Positions 1-9,587 of a stretch of 32,000 bases of DNA are shown here, piece by piece. Origin of the DNA: Candidatus Methanoperedens sp. (GTDB taxonomy: Archaea; Halobacteriota; Methanosarcinia; Methanosarcinales; Methanoperedenaceae); contig JAPZAR010000027.1 in the NCBI GenBank assembly GCA_027460535.1, positions 270,001-302,000 on the forward strand, read 5' to 3'. Each line of letters begins with the position of its first letter. The stretch's first letter is position 1. A program made the translations under genes and the position numbers. The notes under the pieces were generated by a model, which was given only the letters and a program-made list of their open reading frames with translations, did not search any database and had not been told where the DNA came from.

Positions 1-21
1 CCGATCTTGGCGTAAAGTTCA

Positions 22-254
22 TATGAAAAACTTTAGGAAAGTTTTATCAAATGAAGGGGATGTTTCACATCCCCTATACGTCATAAAGGGGCGTAACCCT
101 TTATGAAAAACTTTAGGAAAGTTTTATCAAAAACCTTTGAAAAAGGTTTATCAAACGACGGGTATGGCACGCCATACCCGGACACGCCCTCCCGAGGCGT
201 GACTCGGGAAGGGGATGTTTCACATCCCCTATACGTCATAAAGGGGCCTTTATG
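22..254. repeat. Array of concatenated short perfect hairpin modules (mosaic palindromic element)
   Basis: Hairpins at 27-45 and 107-125 (aaaacttt/agg/aaagtttt), 56-74 and 211-229 (ggggatg/tttca/catcccc), 82-105, 131-149 (aaaccttt/gaa/aaaggttt), 159-180 (cgggtatggc/ac/gccatacccg), interleaved 183-201 and 190-209, and 237-254. Exact direct repeats 22-51=102-131 and 53-92=208-247. Confidence 0.85.
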
Positions 255-851
255 ATAGATATATATAATAAATTACTTGACAAACTCGGTCCTAAGAACT
301 GGTGGCCGGCTGAAACTCCTTTTGAAGTGGTCTTAGGCGCCATACTTACACAGCAGACAAAGTGGGAGAACGTCGAGAGGGCGATTAAGAATTTAAAGGA
401 TAGAGGGCTTCTCGAAGCTGAATCCCTCTCCAGGATTGAATCAGGAGAACTGGAAGAACTTGTCAGGTGCACGGGATTTTACAGGCAGAAGGCAAGAAGG
501 TTGAAGGATATTTCAGCATTTTTTTCGGAGAATCCCGATATACTCCGAAAACCGAAAGATGAACTCAGGGATGTTCTCCTTGCATTGAACGGCATTGGAG
601 AAGAGACGGCGGACAGTATCATTTTGTATGCTGCAGACAAGCCGAAATTCGTTATCGATGCATACACAAAGAGGTTATGCAGGTGCGTGGGAGTTGAAGG
701 CGATTATATGAAATTGCAATCCATATTTGAAAATTCCATCCCGCAGGAAGTTCCCCTGTACAAGGAATTCCACGCCCTCATAGTCGAGTACGGAAAGCAG
801 TTCTGCGGGAAAAAACGATGTGATGAGTGCATATTTGATGAACCCGTCTAA
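252..851 (+). CDS. Endonuclease III-related HhH-GPD superfamily protein
   Basis: 199 aa ORF with helix-hairpin-helix/GPD-type motif LNGIGEETADSIILYA and a C-terminal Cys cluster (CGKKRCDEC). Resembles Nth-related proteins. Confidence 0.75.
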   Translation: MIDIYNKLLDKLGPKNWWPAETPFEVVLGAILTQQTKWENVERAIKNLKDRGLLEAESLSRIESGELEELVRCTGFYRQKARRLKDISAFFSENPDILRKPKDELRDVLLALNGIGEETADSIILYAADKPKFVIDAYTKRLCRCVGVEGDYMKLQSIFENSIPQEVPLYKEFHALIVEYGKQFCGKKRCDECIFDEPV

Positions 852-886
852 AAAGGATTGAAATATTATTGGGTAACCGGTAGAAA

Positions 887-1891
887 ATGGCAAAACGTAA
901 CAATATCCTCATAAGGAATATACCTCTTTTTGGCTGCATCGCGTTCGGTATCATCGACCGAGGTACGAATGTGCTCCAGGTCCGCCCAATAAGTGAGTGC
1001 CCTCTGTCATGCATTTTCTGTTCCACGGACGCCGGGCCACGCTCGGGACGGAGGATATCTGAGTATATGGTAGACCTCGAGCAATTGGTTTCCGCATTCG
1101 AATGGGCTGCAGCATACAAGGAAACAGATGAAATAGAAGCTCATATCGACACGGTTGGGGAACCTGTTATGTACCCTAAACTTTCGGAACTTGTGGAGAG
1201 GTTATCGGGGAATAAGCACGTGAGCACCGTTTCCATGCAGACCAATGGGACTCTGCTGAACAGAAAACTCATAGATGAACTGGATGCAGCAGGGCTTTCA
1301 CGCATCAATATATCCATCGAATCGCTTGACCCTGACCTCGCGAAAAGGATAGCGGGTACTGAAAGTTACAGCATAGAAAGGATCATCGAAAGCGCTGAAT
1401 ATATTGCCGGGAGCACGGACATCGACCTTCTCATTGCGCCCGTTTGGCTGCCAGGTATTAACGATGCCGAGATTCCCGGATTGATCGAGTTCGCTCTCAG
1501 GATAGGCGCAGGAAAAAAATGGCCTGCTCTCGGGATCCAGAAATTCCTGCCCCACAAGTATGGAAGGAAACCAGATATCACGGGAATGGGCTGGGAATTC
1601 TTCTATTCGCAGCTCAAAAAATGGGAGAGGATATATGAAACAAAGCTTATCCTGAAACCAGAGGATTTCGGGAGTTTTGAATGCAAGCCCCTGCCTCGTG
1701 TATTCAAGAGATATGAAAAAGTGAAAGTCAATGTGGTCGGCCCGGGCTGGATGAAGGGAGAGAAACTTGCAGTGGCGCATGACAGGGTTATCACGATCGT
1801 GAACGCTGAAAGAATCCCGGTCGGGGCCGAGGTATTTGTGAGGATGGAAAGGGTGGTGGATGGGATATATATGGCAAGACCCTGTACATGA
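887..1891 (+). CDS. Radical SAM domain protein
   Basis: 334 aa ORF with canonical CxxxCxxC (CPLSCIFC) near the N-terminus and a TIM-barrel-like pattern (GEPVMYP, SMQTNG). Confidence 0.8.
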   Translation: MAKRNNILIRNIPLFGCIAFGIIDRGTNVLQVRPISECPLSCIFCSTDAGPRSGRRISEYMVDLEQLVSAFEWAAAYKETDEIEAHIDTVGEPVMYPKLSELVERLSGNKHVSTVSMQTNGTLLNRKLIDELDAAGLSRINISIESLDPDLAKRIAGTESYSIERIIESAEYIAGSTDIDLLIAPVWLPGINDAEIPGLIEFALRIGAGKKWPALGIQKFLPHKYGRKPDITGMGWEFFYSQLKKWERIYETKLILKPEDFGSFECKPLPRVFKRYEKVKVNVVGPGWMKGEKLAVAHDRVITIVNAERIPVGAEVFVRMERVVDGIYMARPCT

Positions 1892-1903
1892 CTGAAATCT
1901 CTT

Positions 1904-2284
1904 ATGAAGCCATACTGCCCGAAGTGCGGTTACTCGAGCCGCGAAGCCTTCCGGCAGATGACACCTAAAGTTGGGGACTGCTGCATATTCTGTTCGTATG
2001 CTGATAAACAATGTCCTCCCATGCAATTTACAGGCAAAGAGAGCGGAAGTTTCATTAATATTCAGACCCTTTATCCTGTGATGAAAGTACTGGACGGATA
2101 CCGGACATTCCTTGAAAAATCCGATGACGAAAATCTCAAAGCATCGAAGGACAGGGACGGGGTATTCTTTATTTTCCGCTCTATAGAAGCATGGAAAGAG
2201 GAAAAATGCAAAGAGGAGGATATCCCGGCAAAAGAGCTGGTTCGCAATGAGTACACAAAAAATAGATTCCTTGCGCATCCCTGA
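1904..2284 (+). CDS. Small Cys-rich protein with GDCCxxC-like metal-binding N-terminus
   Basis: 126 aa ORF. The N-terminus has CPKCG ... GDCCIFCSYADKQCP, and the remainder is unrecognised. Confidence 0.4.
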   Translation: MKPYCPKCGYSSREAFRQMTPKVGDCCIFCSYADKQCPPMQFTGKESGSFINIQTLYPVMKVLDGYRTFLEKSDDENLKASKDRDGVFFIFRSIEAWKEEKCKEEDIPAKELVRNEYTKNRFLAHP

Positions 2285-2342
2285 TATTTTTTACAGTCAA
2301 TTATATATATTGATACTTTCATAATGTTCTCGTTAGAAACGA

Positions 2343-3110
2343 ATGGGTAAAGTAAAGACTGCGATTCCTGGACTAGATGAGCTAATCGAAGGTGGTTACA
2401 TCGAGAACGATGTAATCCTTATAACCGGAGGCCCGGGTGCAGGAAAAACAACGTTCGGGGTACAGTACCTTGTAGGGGGGGCGATGAATTTTAACGAACC
2501 CGGGGTTCTTGTGGTGATGGAAGAAACCCCTTCAAGGATAATCAGGGACTCGTGGAGATTCGGCTGGGACATAGAGAAACTGGTAGCCCAGAAAAAAATC
2601 AAAATAATATATGCGAATCCCTTCAAATACACAAAGTTCGTGAAAACAGAGGACAAAGGCCCCGTCAGTATTATCGCTGCAAATAAAAATGTCGGTGACA
2701 TCTTCAAGCAAATCCAGACGGATGTAGAGGCAATAAAAGCAAAAAGGGTATTTATCGATTCCATAACATCGCTTAAAATGTCCGCTGAGAAATCCGAAGA
2801 GGTCAGGCAGATAGTTTCCGAATTCATCAAAAACCTGGAATATCTTGATTGCACAACCCTTATGACAAGCGAGATATACGGGAAGGAAGCGTTCAGCGTG
2901 GAAGAATACCTTTCATCTGGTGTGGTCAGGCTCCATGTGTTCAGGGTGGGGGGGAGCCGCATCAGAGCAATAGAAATATTAAAGATGAGAGGCGTCAAGC
3001 ATGATGAAACTCTGCATCCGTATGAGATCCAGGAAAAGGGTATCATTGTCCATCCGACCGAAACCGTGATGAACGATGAGATAAGCCTTTTCAACACGAA
3101 CGCAAAATGA
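2343..3110 (+). CDS. KaiC/RadA-like RecA-superfamily ATPase (single domain)
   Basis: Walker A GGPGAGKTTF, Walker B-like VFIDSITS, and the typical archaeal KaiC-like N-terminus (IPGLDELIEGG). Confidence 0.75.
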   Translation: MGKVKTAIPGLDELIEGGYIENDVILITGGPGAGKTTFGVQYLVGGAMNFNEPGVLVVMEETPSRIIRDSWRFGWDIEKLVAQKKIKIIYANPFKYTKFVKTEDKGPVSIIAANKNVGDIFKQIQTDVEAIKAKRVFIDSITSLKMSAEKSEEVRQIVSEFIKNLEYLDCTTLMTSEIYGKEAFSVEEYLSSGVVRLHVFRVGGSRIRAIEILKMRGVKHDETLHPYEIQEKGIIVHPTETVMNDEISLFNTNAK

Positions 3111-4282
3111 TAATAGGGATTGAAATGGCTCTTAATTATGATGAGATAGTCGGGAAATTCGAGAAATATATATTCTCGACATACACACGCCAGCCCCTGG
3201 CAATAAAGAAAGCGAACGGGGCCGTGGTCACAGATGTGAACGGGAAAGAATACATAGACTGCGTGGCTGGGATCGCTGTTAATAACGTGGGGCACTGCCA
3301 TCCTGCTGTAGTTTCCGCGATCAAAAGGCAGGCTGAAGAGTTGATACACGTCTCAAACCTCTATTACACGGAGCAGCAGGCGCTCCTTGCAGAAGAACTC
3401 GTCAACCTCACCGGGATGGATCGCGTTTTTTTCTGCAACTCAGGAACTGAGGCGGTCGAAGGCGCTTTGAAACTTGCACGCAAAGCTTCCGGCAAAAAGG
3501 AGTTCATCGCAGCAGAACATGCCTTTCATGGAAGAACGCGGGGAGCGCTTTCCGTCACTCATAAGGAGAAATACCGAAAACCCTTTGAACCGCTTGCTCC
3601 GGCGATATTCGTGCCTTACAATGACGCAAATGCCATAAGAGAGGCGATCAATGAGGATACTGCGGGCGTGATACTGGAACCCATTCAGGGGGAAGGCGGC
3701 GTGATAATACCTTCAAAGGATTACCTGAAGGAAGTGCGTGAGGTCTGCGACGAAAATGAAACATTGCTGATACTTGATGAGGTCCAGACCGGCTTTGGCA
3801 GAACGGGAAAATGGTTCGCAAGAGAACACTCGGGCATCGTACCTGATATAATGACACTTGCCAAGGCCATGGGCGGGGGCTTCCCCATGGGAGCGATGCT
3901 GGCAAGGGAGGATGTTGCAGCGAGATTCGAGCGCGGCGACCATGCATCAACCTTTGGAGGTAATGCACTCTCATGCGCCGCGGCGCTTGCGAACATAGAT
4001 GTGATCAAAAAAGAAAAGCTGGTCAGGAGATCGGACGAACTTGGTAATTACCTCATGAAAAAACTCGCAGCACTCGATAAGGATTATATTATAGAGATAC
4101 GCGGCAAAGGATTGATGGTTGGAATGGAACTTTCCATAAAGTGCGATGATATCGTGAACGGGGCAAGGGAACGCGGGGTGCTGCTTAACTGCACATCCGA
4201 ATCCGTTCTGCGATTTGTTCCCCCCCTCACCATCACGAAAGAACAGCTGGACAGGGCGGTGTCGGTGCTGGATGAGATTTGA
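3107..4282 (+). CDS. argD: Acetylornithine/acetyl-lysine aminotransferase (class III PLP aminotransferase)
   Basis: Motifs FCNSGTEAVEGALKLAR, ILDEVQTGFGRTGK and LAKAMGGGFPMGA, with the PLP lysine in the KA context. An alternative start is 3125 (MALNYD). Confidence 0.85.
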   Translation: MIIGIEMALNYDEIVGKFEKYIFSTYTRQPLAIKKANGAVVTDVNGKEYIDCVAGIAVNNVGHCHPAVVSAIKRQAEELIHVSNLYYTEQQALLAEELVNLTGMDRVFFCNSGTEAVEGALKLARKASGKKEFIAAEHAFHGRTRGALSVTHKEKYRKPFEPLAPAIFVPYNDANAIREAINEDTAGVILEPIQGEGGVIIPSKDYLKEVREVCDENETLLILDEVQTGFGRTGKWFAREHSGIVPDIMTLAKAMGGGFPMGAMLAREDVAARFERGDHASTFGGNALSCAAALANIDVIKKEKLVRRSDELGNYLMKKLAALDKDYIIEIRGKGLMVGMELSIKCDDIVNGARERGVLLNCTSESVLRFVPPLTITKEQLDRAVSVLDEI

Positions 4283-5366
4283 AGAACTGCTCCGTCCTCG
4301 TATCAAAGATATCAAGGAGTATGTGCCGGGGAGATCCATCGAAGAGATCGCCAAAGAATACAGACTTGACCCGGACAAAATAATAAAACTCGGATCGAAC
4401 GAGAATCCGCTCGGCCCTTCTCCCCTTGCGGTAAAAGCGATCAAGGAAAAGGCAGGGAGGATCCACATATACCCCGATCCAGGTGCACGCGATTTGAGAA
4501 ATGCGATCTCCTCATACACGGGCTATCCTGTGAACAATATCGTAGTCTCAGGTAACGGCATGGACGGCATCCTTGATACTGTGATGAGGCTATTCATGTC
4601 GCAGGAGGCAGAGTCGGTGATACCGATACCCACATTCTCGTATTATGAAATCGCCACGCTCGCGAACGGCGGGAAACCCGTTTTTGTGGAAAGGGAGCCT
4701 GATTTCAGTATCGATACCGAGAAGATCCTCAAAAATGTTAATGGGAATACAAGAATGATCTTTCTGTGCTCGCCAAACAACCCATCGGGTAACAGTGTCA
4801 GCGAGGAAACCGCAAGAAACATCCTGGAATCGGCTGATGCGATTGTGTTCATAGACGAAGCGTATGTGGAATTCTCCGAAACAAGCCTGACCGGACTGGT
4901 CAGGGAATATGACAACATCATAGTCGGGCGAACCTTCTCAAAGGCGTTCGGATTAGCCGGGATGCGTATGGGTTATGCGCTCGCGCCCGAATGGATATGC
5001 AAGGAATACTTGAAGGTCATGACACCTTTCTCGATGGACGTGCTTTCATCCGCTGCCGGTTTCGCGGCTCTCAATGACAAAGAACATCTTCAGAAAAGCA
5101 TACAGACCGTGAGAAAAGGGAGAATGCAGCTTGCCGGGGGCCTTAAATCCCTGTGCAAAGTATATCCTTCGGATGCGAATTTTATCCTGATAGACGTATC
5201 ACCGCGTACGGCCAAAGAGATTTCTGAATTGCTCCTGGAGAAGGGAATAATAGTACGCGACTGCACATCCTTCAGGGGTGCCGGGAACTCGCTTATACGA
5301 ATAACCGTGGGCACTGAACTCCAGAACGAAAAAGTCATAGCCGCTATGGGTTCGATCCTACGATGA
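4272..5366 (+). CDS. hisC: Histidinol-phosphate aminotransferase
   Basis: The ORF-track frame 4215..5366 contains KLGSNENPLGPSP, NPNNPSG-like CSPNNPSGN, DEAYVEF and RTFSKAFGLAGMRMGY. The ATG at 4272 (MRFEELL) overlaps the argD stop, making it the likely true start. Confidence 0.85.
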   Translation: MRFEELLRPRIKDIKEYVPGRSIEEIAKEYRLDPDKIIKLGSNENPLGPSPLAVKAIKEKAGRIHIYPDPGARDLRNAISSYTGYPVNNIVVSGNGMDGILDTVMRLFMSQEAESVIPIPTFSYYEIATLANGGKPVFVEREPDFSIDTEKILKNVNGNTRMIFLCSPNNPSGNSVSEETARNILESADAIVFIDEAYVEFSETSLTGLVREYDNIIVGRTFSKAFGLAGMRMGYALAPEWICKEYLKVMTPFSMDVLSSAAGFAALNDKEHLQKSIQTVRKGRMQLAGGLKSLCKVYPSDANFILIDVSPRTAKEISELLLEKGIIVRDCTSFRGAGNSLIRITVGTELQNEKVIAAMGSILR

Positions 5367-5394
5367 AACACCATGAAGTACAGAGCGTGGGCTC

Positions 5395-5961
5395 ATGATA
5401 ATCGCCTTGACAGGAACACCGGGGACAGGGAAGACCACAGTCTGCGGCTTCATAAGTGAGCATTCAAGGTACAGGAAGCAGTACAGCATTATCAACCTTA
5501 ATAAACTCGTTATGGATGAGAAGCTCTACACCGGGAAGGATGAGAAACGGAATTCGTATGAGGCAGACCTTGAAAAACTGGAGGAGCGGGTTGAACAGAT
5601 AATCAGCCAGATGCCGGGATCAATGGATATCATAATGGAAGGGCATCTCTCGCATTTCCTTCCTGCAGATGCTGTTATTGTGCTGAGGGCTCATCCTGTG
5701 GCTTTGAGGAAACGCCTCGGTAAAAGAAGGGAATATTCTTTTGAAAAAGTAAAGGAGAATGCCAATGCCGAGGCCCTGGATGTTATACTTGTGGAATCTG
5801 TTGAGAGGAACACGAATGTCTTTGAGGTTGATACAACTGACAGGAATCTTCAGTCTGTTGTAAAATCCGTCATTTCAATAATAGAATCTCTAAAAGCCGG
5901 AAATACCCCGCAGGAATTCTTACCCGGGAAGATCAGCTGGATTGACCAGGTTGAACAATAG
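5395..5961 (+). CDS. Fap7/AK6-like nucleoside kinase (putative adenylate kinase)
   Basis: 188 aa with P-loop GTPGTGKTT at the extreme N-terminus. Size and layout are typical of archaeal Fap7 homologues. Confidence 0.65.
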   Translation: MIIALTGTPGTGKTTVCGFISEHSRYRKQYSIINLNKLVMDEKLYTGKDEKRNSYEADLEKLEERVEQIISQMPGSMDIIMEGHLSHFLPADAVIVLRAHPVALRKRLGKRREYSFEKVKENANAEALDVILVESVERNTNVFEVDTTDRNLQSVVKSVISIIESLKAGNTPQEFLPGKISWIDQVEQ

Positions 5962-6492
5962 TCACCAGGTTTCCCAGTGGGCGACTTTATCCATCCCCAT
6001 CCTGGGCGGTGCGACCGGTTCTTCGTCAGGGTATCCCACGGGAATAATGGCTATCGGCTTTGTATTGTAAGGAATCCCGAGAAGGTCGCTTACCGCATAT
6101 TCATCGAATGCACCCACCCAGCACGTGGCAAGCCCTTTTGAGTGTGCGGCAAGGAGAAGGTTCATCACGCCGGCCGTGGCGTCCTGGAGGGCATAGAGTT
6201 CCCCCCGTGACTTGTATATGCGGGACGAACGTTCGATGTTCGCCACCACAATGATAACAACAGGGGCCTGCTCTACGGAGGGCTGGTCAAGGGCGGCTTT
6301 TCTTAACTTTTGTTTTGTGGTCTTGTTCGAAACGATTATGAAATCCCGTGCCTGAAGGTTACCCGCAGATGGTGCCATCTGCGCTGCGTACAGCAATTCC
6401 TCGATTAGCTCTCTTCCAACGGCACTATCTTTAAATCTTCTGACAGACCGCCTCTCCTTGATAGCTTCCATGCACTCCATAAATACACCCAA
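5962..6492 (-). CDS. Nitroreductase family protein
   Basis: N-terminal AIKERRSVRRF and internal PSAGNLQ are hallmark nitroreductase motifs. Confidence 0.8.
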   Translation of the reverse strand: MGVFMECMEAIKERRSVRRFKDSAVGRELIEELLYAAQMAPSAGNLQARDFIIVSNKTTKQKLRKAALDQPSVEQAPVVIIVVANIERSSRIYKSRGELYALQDATAGVMNLLLAAHSKGLATCWVGAFDEYAVSDLLGIPYNTKPIAIIPVGYPDEEPVAPPRMGMDKVAHWETW

Positions 6493-6522
6493 TGAATTAT
6501 TGTTATTAATAGTATTTAAAAT

Positions 6523-7116
6523 TCAGGCAAGTTTGGTCTGCTGGAATTTTGCCTTCAACCCATCAAGGTCGATCAATTCATTAATAATATCAATCAGCAT
6601 CTCTGTTCCCCGACCCAGAATACTGCTCTCATCTCCGCTGATCTCATAAGCAGGGTCATCAGGTGGTATCTTAATGCGTGTTACTGCATTCCTGTGCTCT
6701 TTGAGCCTTGCGTCCTTTGATTCTTTAACAGTTTTTGTCTTTTGCGCCTCTATCCCCAGAAGTGCGAGTTCATATTTGAAGCATGGCCTGTGGAAAAGCG
6801 ATGACAGGATAAAAACAGCAAGTTCAAGCCTCTCAGAGATATCAACATCTTTAAGGTGCTCTTTCACGATACCGTATATATCGCGTTTCATTCCTGCCTT
6901 GAAGGTATATACTTTTGAAGGCGGTATATCGATCTCCTCAAGAAATCCCATATCGTGAAGCGCTCGCAGGTATCCCGTGAGGATCAACCTGTGGTGGTCA
7001 TAGCCGCTTTTCTTTAACTCCCGCGCTATGCTGCTGATGGACATCTGTTTCTGCGAAAGCAGTTCCGTGAGGATATTGTATAATTGGTCTGACATCCACA
7101 CTAGATTTGGTAACAA
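6523..7116 (-). CDS. Hypothetical protein with N-terminal winged-helix-like region
   Basis: 197 aa ORF with an HTH-like segment (MSISSIARELKKSG...LTGYLRAL). There is no competing ORF and no recognised function. Confidence 0.45.
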   Translation of the reverse strand: MLPNLVWMSDQLYNILTELLSQKQMSISSIARELKKSGYDHHRLILTGYLRALHDMGFLEEIDIPPSKVYTFKAGMKRDIYGIVKEHLKDVDISERLELAVFILSSLFHRPCFKYELALLGIEAQKTKTVKESKDARLKEHRNAVTRIKIPPDDPAYEISGDESSILGRGTEMLIDIINELIDLDGLKAKFQQTKLA

Positions 7117-7173
7117 ACCCGATAAATGCTTTGGTGGGCAGCCTGCTAACTTTTTAATATACAGACGCCAATA

Positions 7174-7671
7174 TTGACCACAATGGAAAAAGACTCACTC
7201 TGGGAATTCGAGAACATATTGATCCCGCTCGATGGATCAAAGATTTCAGAGAACGCACTAAAGTATGGGGTGAGCATTGCCGGTAAGTATGGTGCAGGTA
7301 TTGTGCTTGTATCGGTATTTTCATCAAAGGACAAAGACAGCCTGTTTAAGAAAAGAATTCAGGAAATGAACCCGAAACTGGCGGGGGACATATCAAAAAT
7401 GCCTTTGACATATCTGATGCAAACATATCATGAGATCCTGAAGAAAGCCATCGTGAAACAAAAAATAAGCGTGAAAAGTGTCCTGCGGGATGAGAGGATC
7501 TCCGCCAAGACAGTGGTGAATGTTCTGAAGGAGGCGGTCAATAAAGAAAAAATCGACCTGGTAATTATGTCCTCGCATGGAAAATCTGGATTTAAGAGAC
7601 CCAAAATGGGAAGCATAACAGAAGAGCTGCTTAAGAACCTGGAAATTCCTGTCCTTCTTGTTGAAAAATGA
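7174..7671 (+). CDS. Universal stress protein (UspA family)
   Basis: ILIPLDGS at the N-terminus and DLVIMSSHGKSG...GSITEELL at the C-terminus. Confidence 0.8.
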   Translation: MTTMEKDSLWEFENILIPLDGSKISENALKYGVSIAGKYGAGIVLVSVFSSKDKDSLFKKRIQEMNPKLAGDISKMPLTYLMQTYHEILKKAIVKQKISVKSVLRDERISAKTVVNVLKEAVNKEKIDLVIMSSHGKSGFKRPKMGSITEELLKNLEIPVLLVEK

Positions 7672-8126
7672 CCATGGATATTATCTTTGCAGAGCCGCTT
7701 GATTGTTATGTTGAAATTGAATATAATACCGGATTGAGCTCAATAAGATTTGTCAGGGGCAAAAAGGGCATACCTGTGAAGAAAACTTTGAAGGTCAGCT
7801 TTGAATTGGATGAGTATTTCAGGGGAGAGAGGACCGAGTTCTCGTGCGGTTTCGACATATCGGAGCTATCGACGTTTTCAAAGAGAGTGCTTTGCGAAAC
7901 AGCAAGAATCAGGTATGGAGAGACGATCACCTATTCAGAGCTCGCGAACAGGATAGGCAGCAGGGCTGCCCGCGCAGTGGGCAATGCGCTTGCAAATAAC
8001 CCCATACCGATCATTATTCCCTGTCACAGGGTGGTGGCGAAAAACGGAATCGGAGGCTATTCCGCAGGATTGGATATCAAGACCCGTTTGCTCGAACTTG
8101 AGGAAAGGAAGGCCAATAACCTTTAA
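7668..8126 (+). CDS. ogt: Methylated-DNA--protein-cysteine methyltransferase
   Basis: Active site IPCHRVV, preceded by TYSELA and NPIPIIIP. Confidence 0.85.
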   Translation: MTMDIIFAEPLDCYVEIEYNTGLSSIRFVRGKKGIPVKKTLKVSFELDEYFRGERTEFSCGFDISELSTFSKRVLCETARIRYGETITYSELANRIGSRAARAVGNALANNPIPIIIPCHRVVAKNGIGGYSAGLDIKTRLLELEERKANNL

Positions 8127-8152
8127 TAGCTTGGAAATGAATTTTGAGCCGG

Positions 8153-8224
8153 GCCCCGATGGGGTAGCGGATATCCTTTGAGATTGCGGATCTTAAGACC
8201 TGGGTTCAAGTCCCAGTCGGGGCG
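8153..8224 (+). tRNA. tRNA-Arg (anticodon GCG)
   Basis: Hand-folded cloverleaf. Acceptor stem gccccga/tcggggc, T arm ctggg-ttcaagt-cccag, anticodon arm tgaga-ttGCGga-tctta, discriminator G. No encoded CCA. Confidence 0.8.
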
Positions 8225-8357
8225 CTCATCACCCACAATGATCCGGCACCATTGCCCAATCCCCTTTTACTTTCGCCATTCTTGAACGTCGGATTCATGC
8301 GCAAAGCGGTTAAATACAAAGAGTCTAATGTAAGCACATTATTTTCGGAGGATTTAA

Positions 8358-9587
8358 TTGCAATCTGTTGTAAATATAGGCATCGTAGGACATGTTGATC
8401 ACGGAAAGACCACCCTTGTCAAGGCACTCTCGGGTGTCTGGACGGACAGGCACAGCGAAGAGATAAAAAGAGGAATTTCGATAAGGCTCGGCTATGCAGA
8501 TATCGTCCTCCGAAAATGTCCCAGCTGCCCCGAACCCGATGCATATACCACAAAAGAGATCTGTGAAAAATGCGGGGCGAAAACCGAAGTCCTTCGACCG
8601 ATCTCTTTCGTTGATTCGCCGGGTCACGAGACACTGATGGCCACCATGTTATCGGGGGCAGCGCTCATGGACGGCGCCCTTCTTGTCATTGCAGCGAATG
8701 AACAATGCCCGCAGCCCCAGACCAAAGAACATCTCATGGCATTGAATATCATTGGCATAAAAAATATCATAATCATCCAGAATAAGATAGACCTTGTTAC
8801 ACGCGAAAAAGTGCTTGAAAATTATGACCAGATAAAAACCTTCGTGAAAGGGACTGTGGCTGAAGATGCTCCCATAATCCCGGTTTCAGCCCAGCAGAAT
8901 GCGAACATAGATCTTGTCATAGAGGCTATCGAAAAATATATACCCACACCTGAACACGACCTGGAAAAACCGCCGCTGATGTTCGTGGCGCGTTCCTTTG
9001 ATGTCAACAAACCCGGTGCCACGCCGGACGAGTTGGTTGGCGGAGTTATCGGGGGTACATTAAACTGCGGCCGTCTCCATCCCGGTGATGCGATAGAGCT
9101 CCGCCCTGGCAGGAAAGTCGAAGCGGGTGGGGCAGTAAAATGGGTACCGATCAAAACCAAAGTCACAACGATACTCTCCGGCAGCGAGGAAGTGGATGAA
9201 GCAATACCGGGCGGGCTCATCGGTGTCGGAACCAATCTTGATCCGTTTTTAACTAAGAGCGATGCCCTTGTGGGGCAGGTCGCGGGTATCCCCGGCAAGA
9301 TCCCGCCCACTATAGAAGGCTTCGTCATGGAGACAAAACTCCTCCCCCGAGTTGTAGGGGTGAGCGATGAATACAAAGTCGATCCCATACGTTCGAATGA
9401 GCCATTGATGCTCAATATTGGCACGGCCACGACCATAGGGGTTGTCACAAGCGCCCGGCCCAATGACGCCGAGGTCAAACTCAAAAGACCCGTATGTGCC
9501 GACAAAGGTGCGAAGATAGCCATCAGCCGCCGTGTTGGGGCACGCTGGAGGCTTATCGGTTCAGGCACGTTGAAAGAATTTAAATGA
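8358..9587 (+). CDS. eif2g: Translation initiation factor aIF2 gamma subunit
   Basis: GTPase motifs [15 protein letters not shown] and NKIDL, plus a zinc-ribbon insert (CPSCPE...CEKCG). TTG start preceded by ggagga. Confidence 0.9.
   Translation: MQSVVNIGIVGHVDHGKTTLVKALSGVWTDRHSEEIKRGISIRLGYADIVLRKCPSCPEPDAYTTKEICEKCGAKTEVLRPISFVDSPGHETLMATMLSGAALMDGALLVIAANEQCPQPQTKEHLMALNIIGIKNIIIIQNKIDLVTREKVLENYDQIKTFVKGTVAEDAPIIPVSAQQNANIDLVIEAIEKYIPTPEHDLEKPPLMFVARSFDVNKPGATPDELVGGVIGGTLNCGRLHPGDAIELRPGRKVEAGGAVKWVPIKTKVTTILSGSEEVDEAIPGGLIGVGTNLDPFLTKSDALVGQVAGIPGKIPPTIEGFVMETKLLPRVVGVSDEYKVDPIRSNEPLMLNIGTATTIGVVTSARPNDAEVKLKRPVCADKGAKIAISRRVGARWRLIGSGTLKEFK

Noticed and set aside
22-254. CRISPR array as an explanation for the repeated palindromes (also 26500-26890)
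   Set aside because: There is no constant-length repeat alternating with unique spacers. The adjacent units are different hairpins with almost no spacer, repeats occur in both orientations and inside genes, and no cas genes are present.
1298-2278. Long antisense ORFs (1298..2278, 2396..3349, 8822..9727, 13732..14748, 19936..20811, 21170..21766)
   Set aside because: Each lies opposite a gene with strong, recognisable motifs (radical SAM, KaiC-like, aIF2gamma, porA/porB, ABC permease, ABC ATPase). Their own translations are Ser/Arg/Pro-rich with no recognisable domains.
4215-4271. Upstream extension of the hisC ORF (and similar extensions at 11322-11339, 17233-17343, 17597-17755 and 28906-29010)
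   Set aside because: These extensions overlap the 3' end of the preceding gene and lack homology-like sequence. Internal ATG codons give canonical N-termini (MRFEELL, MELQIIKD, MLKAWIL with lipobox, MEMKITP, MTEAEII).
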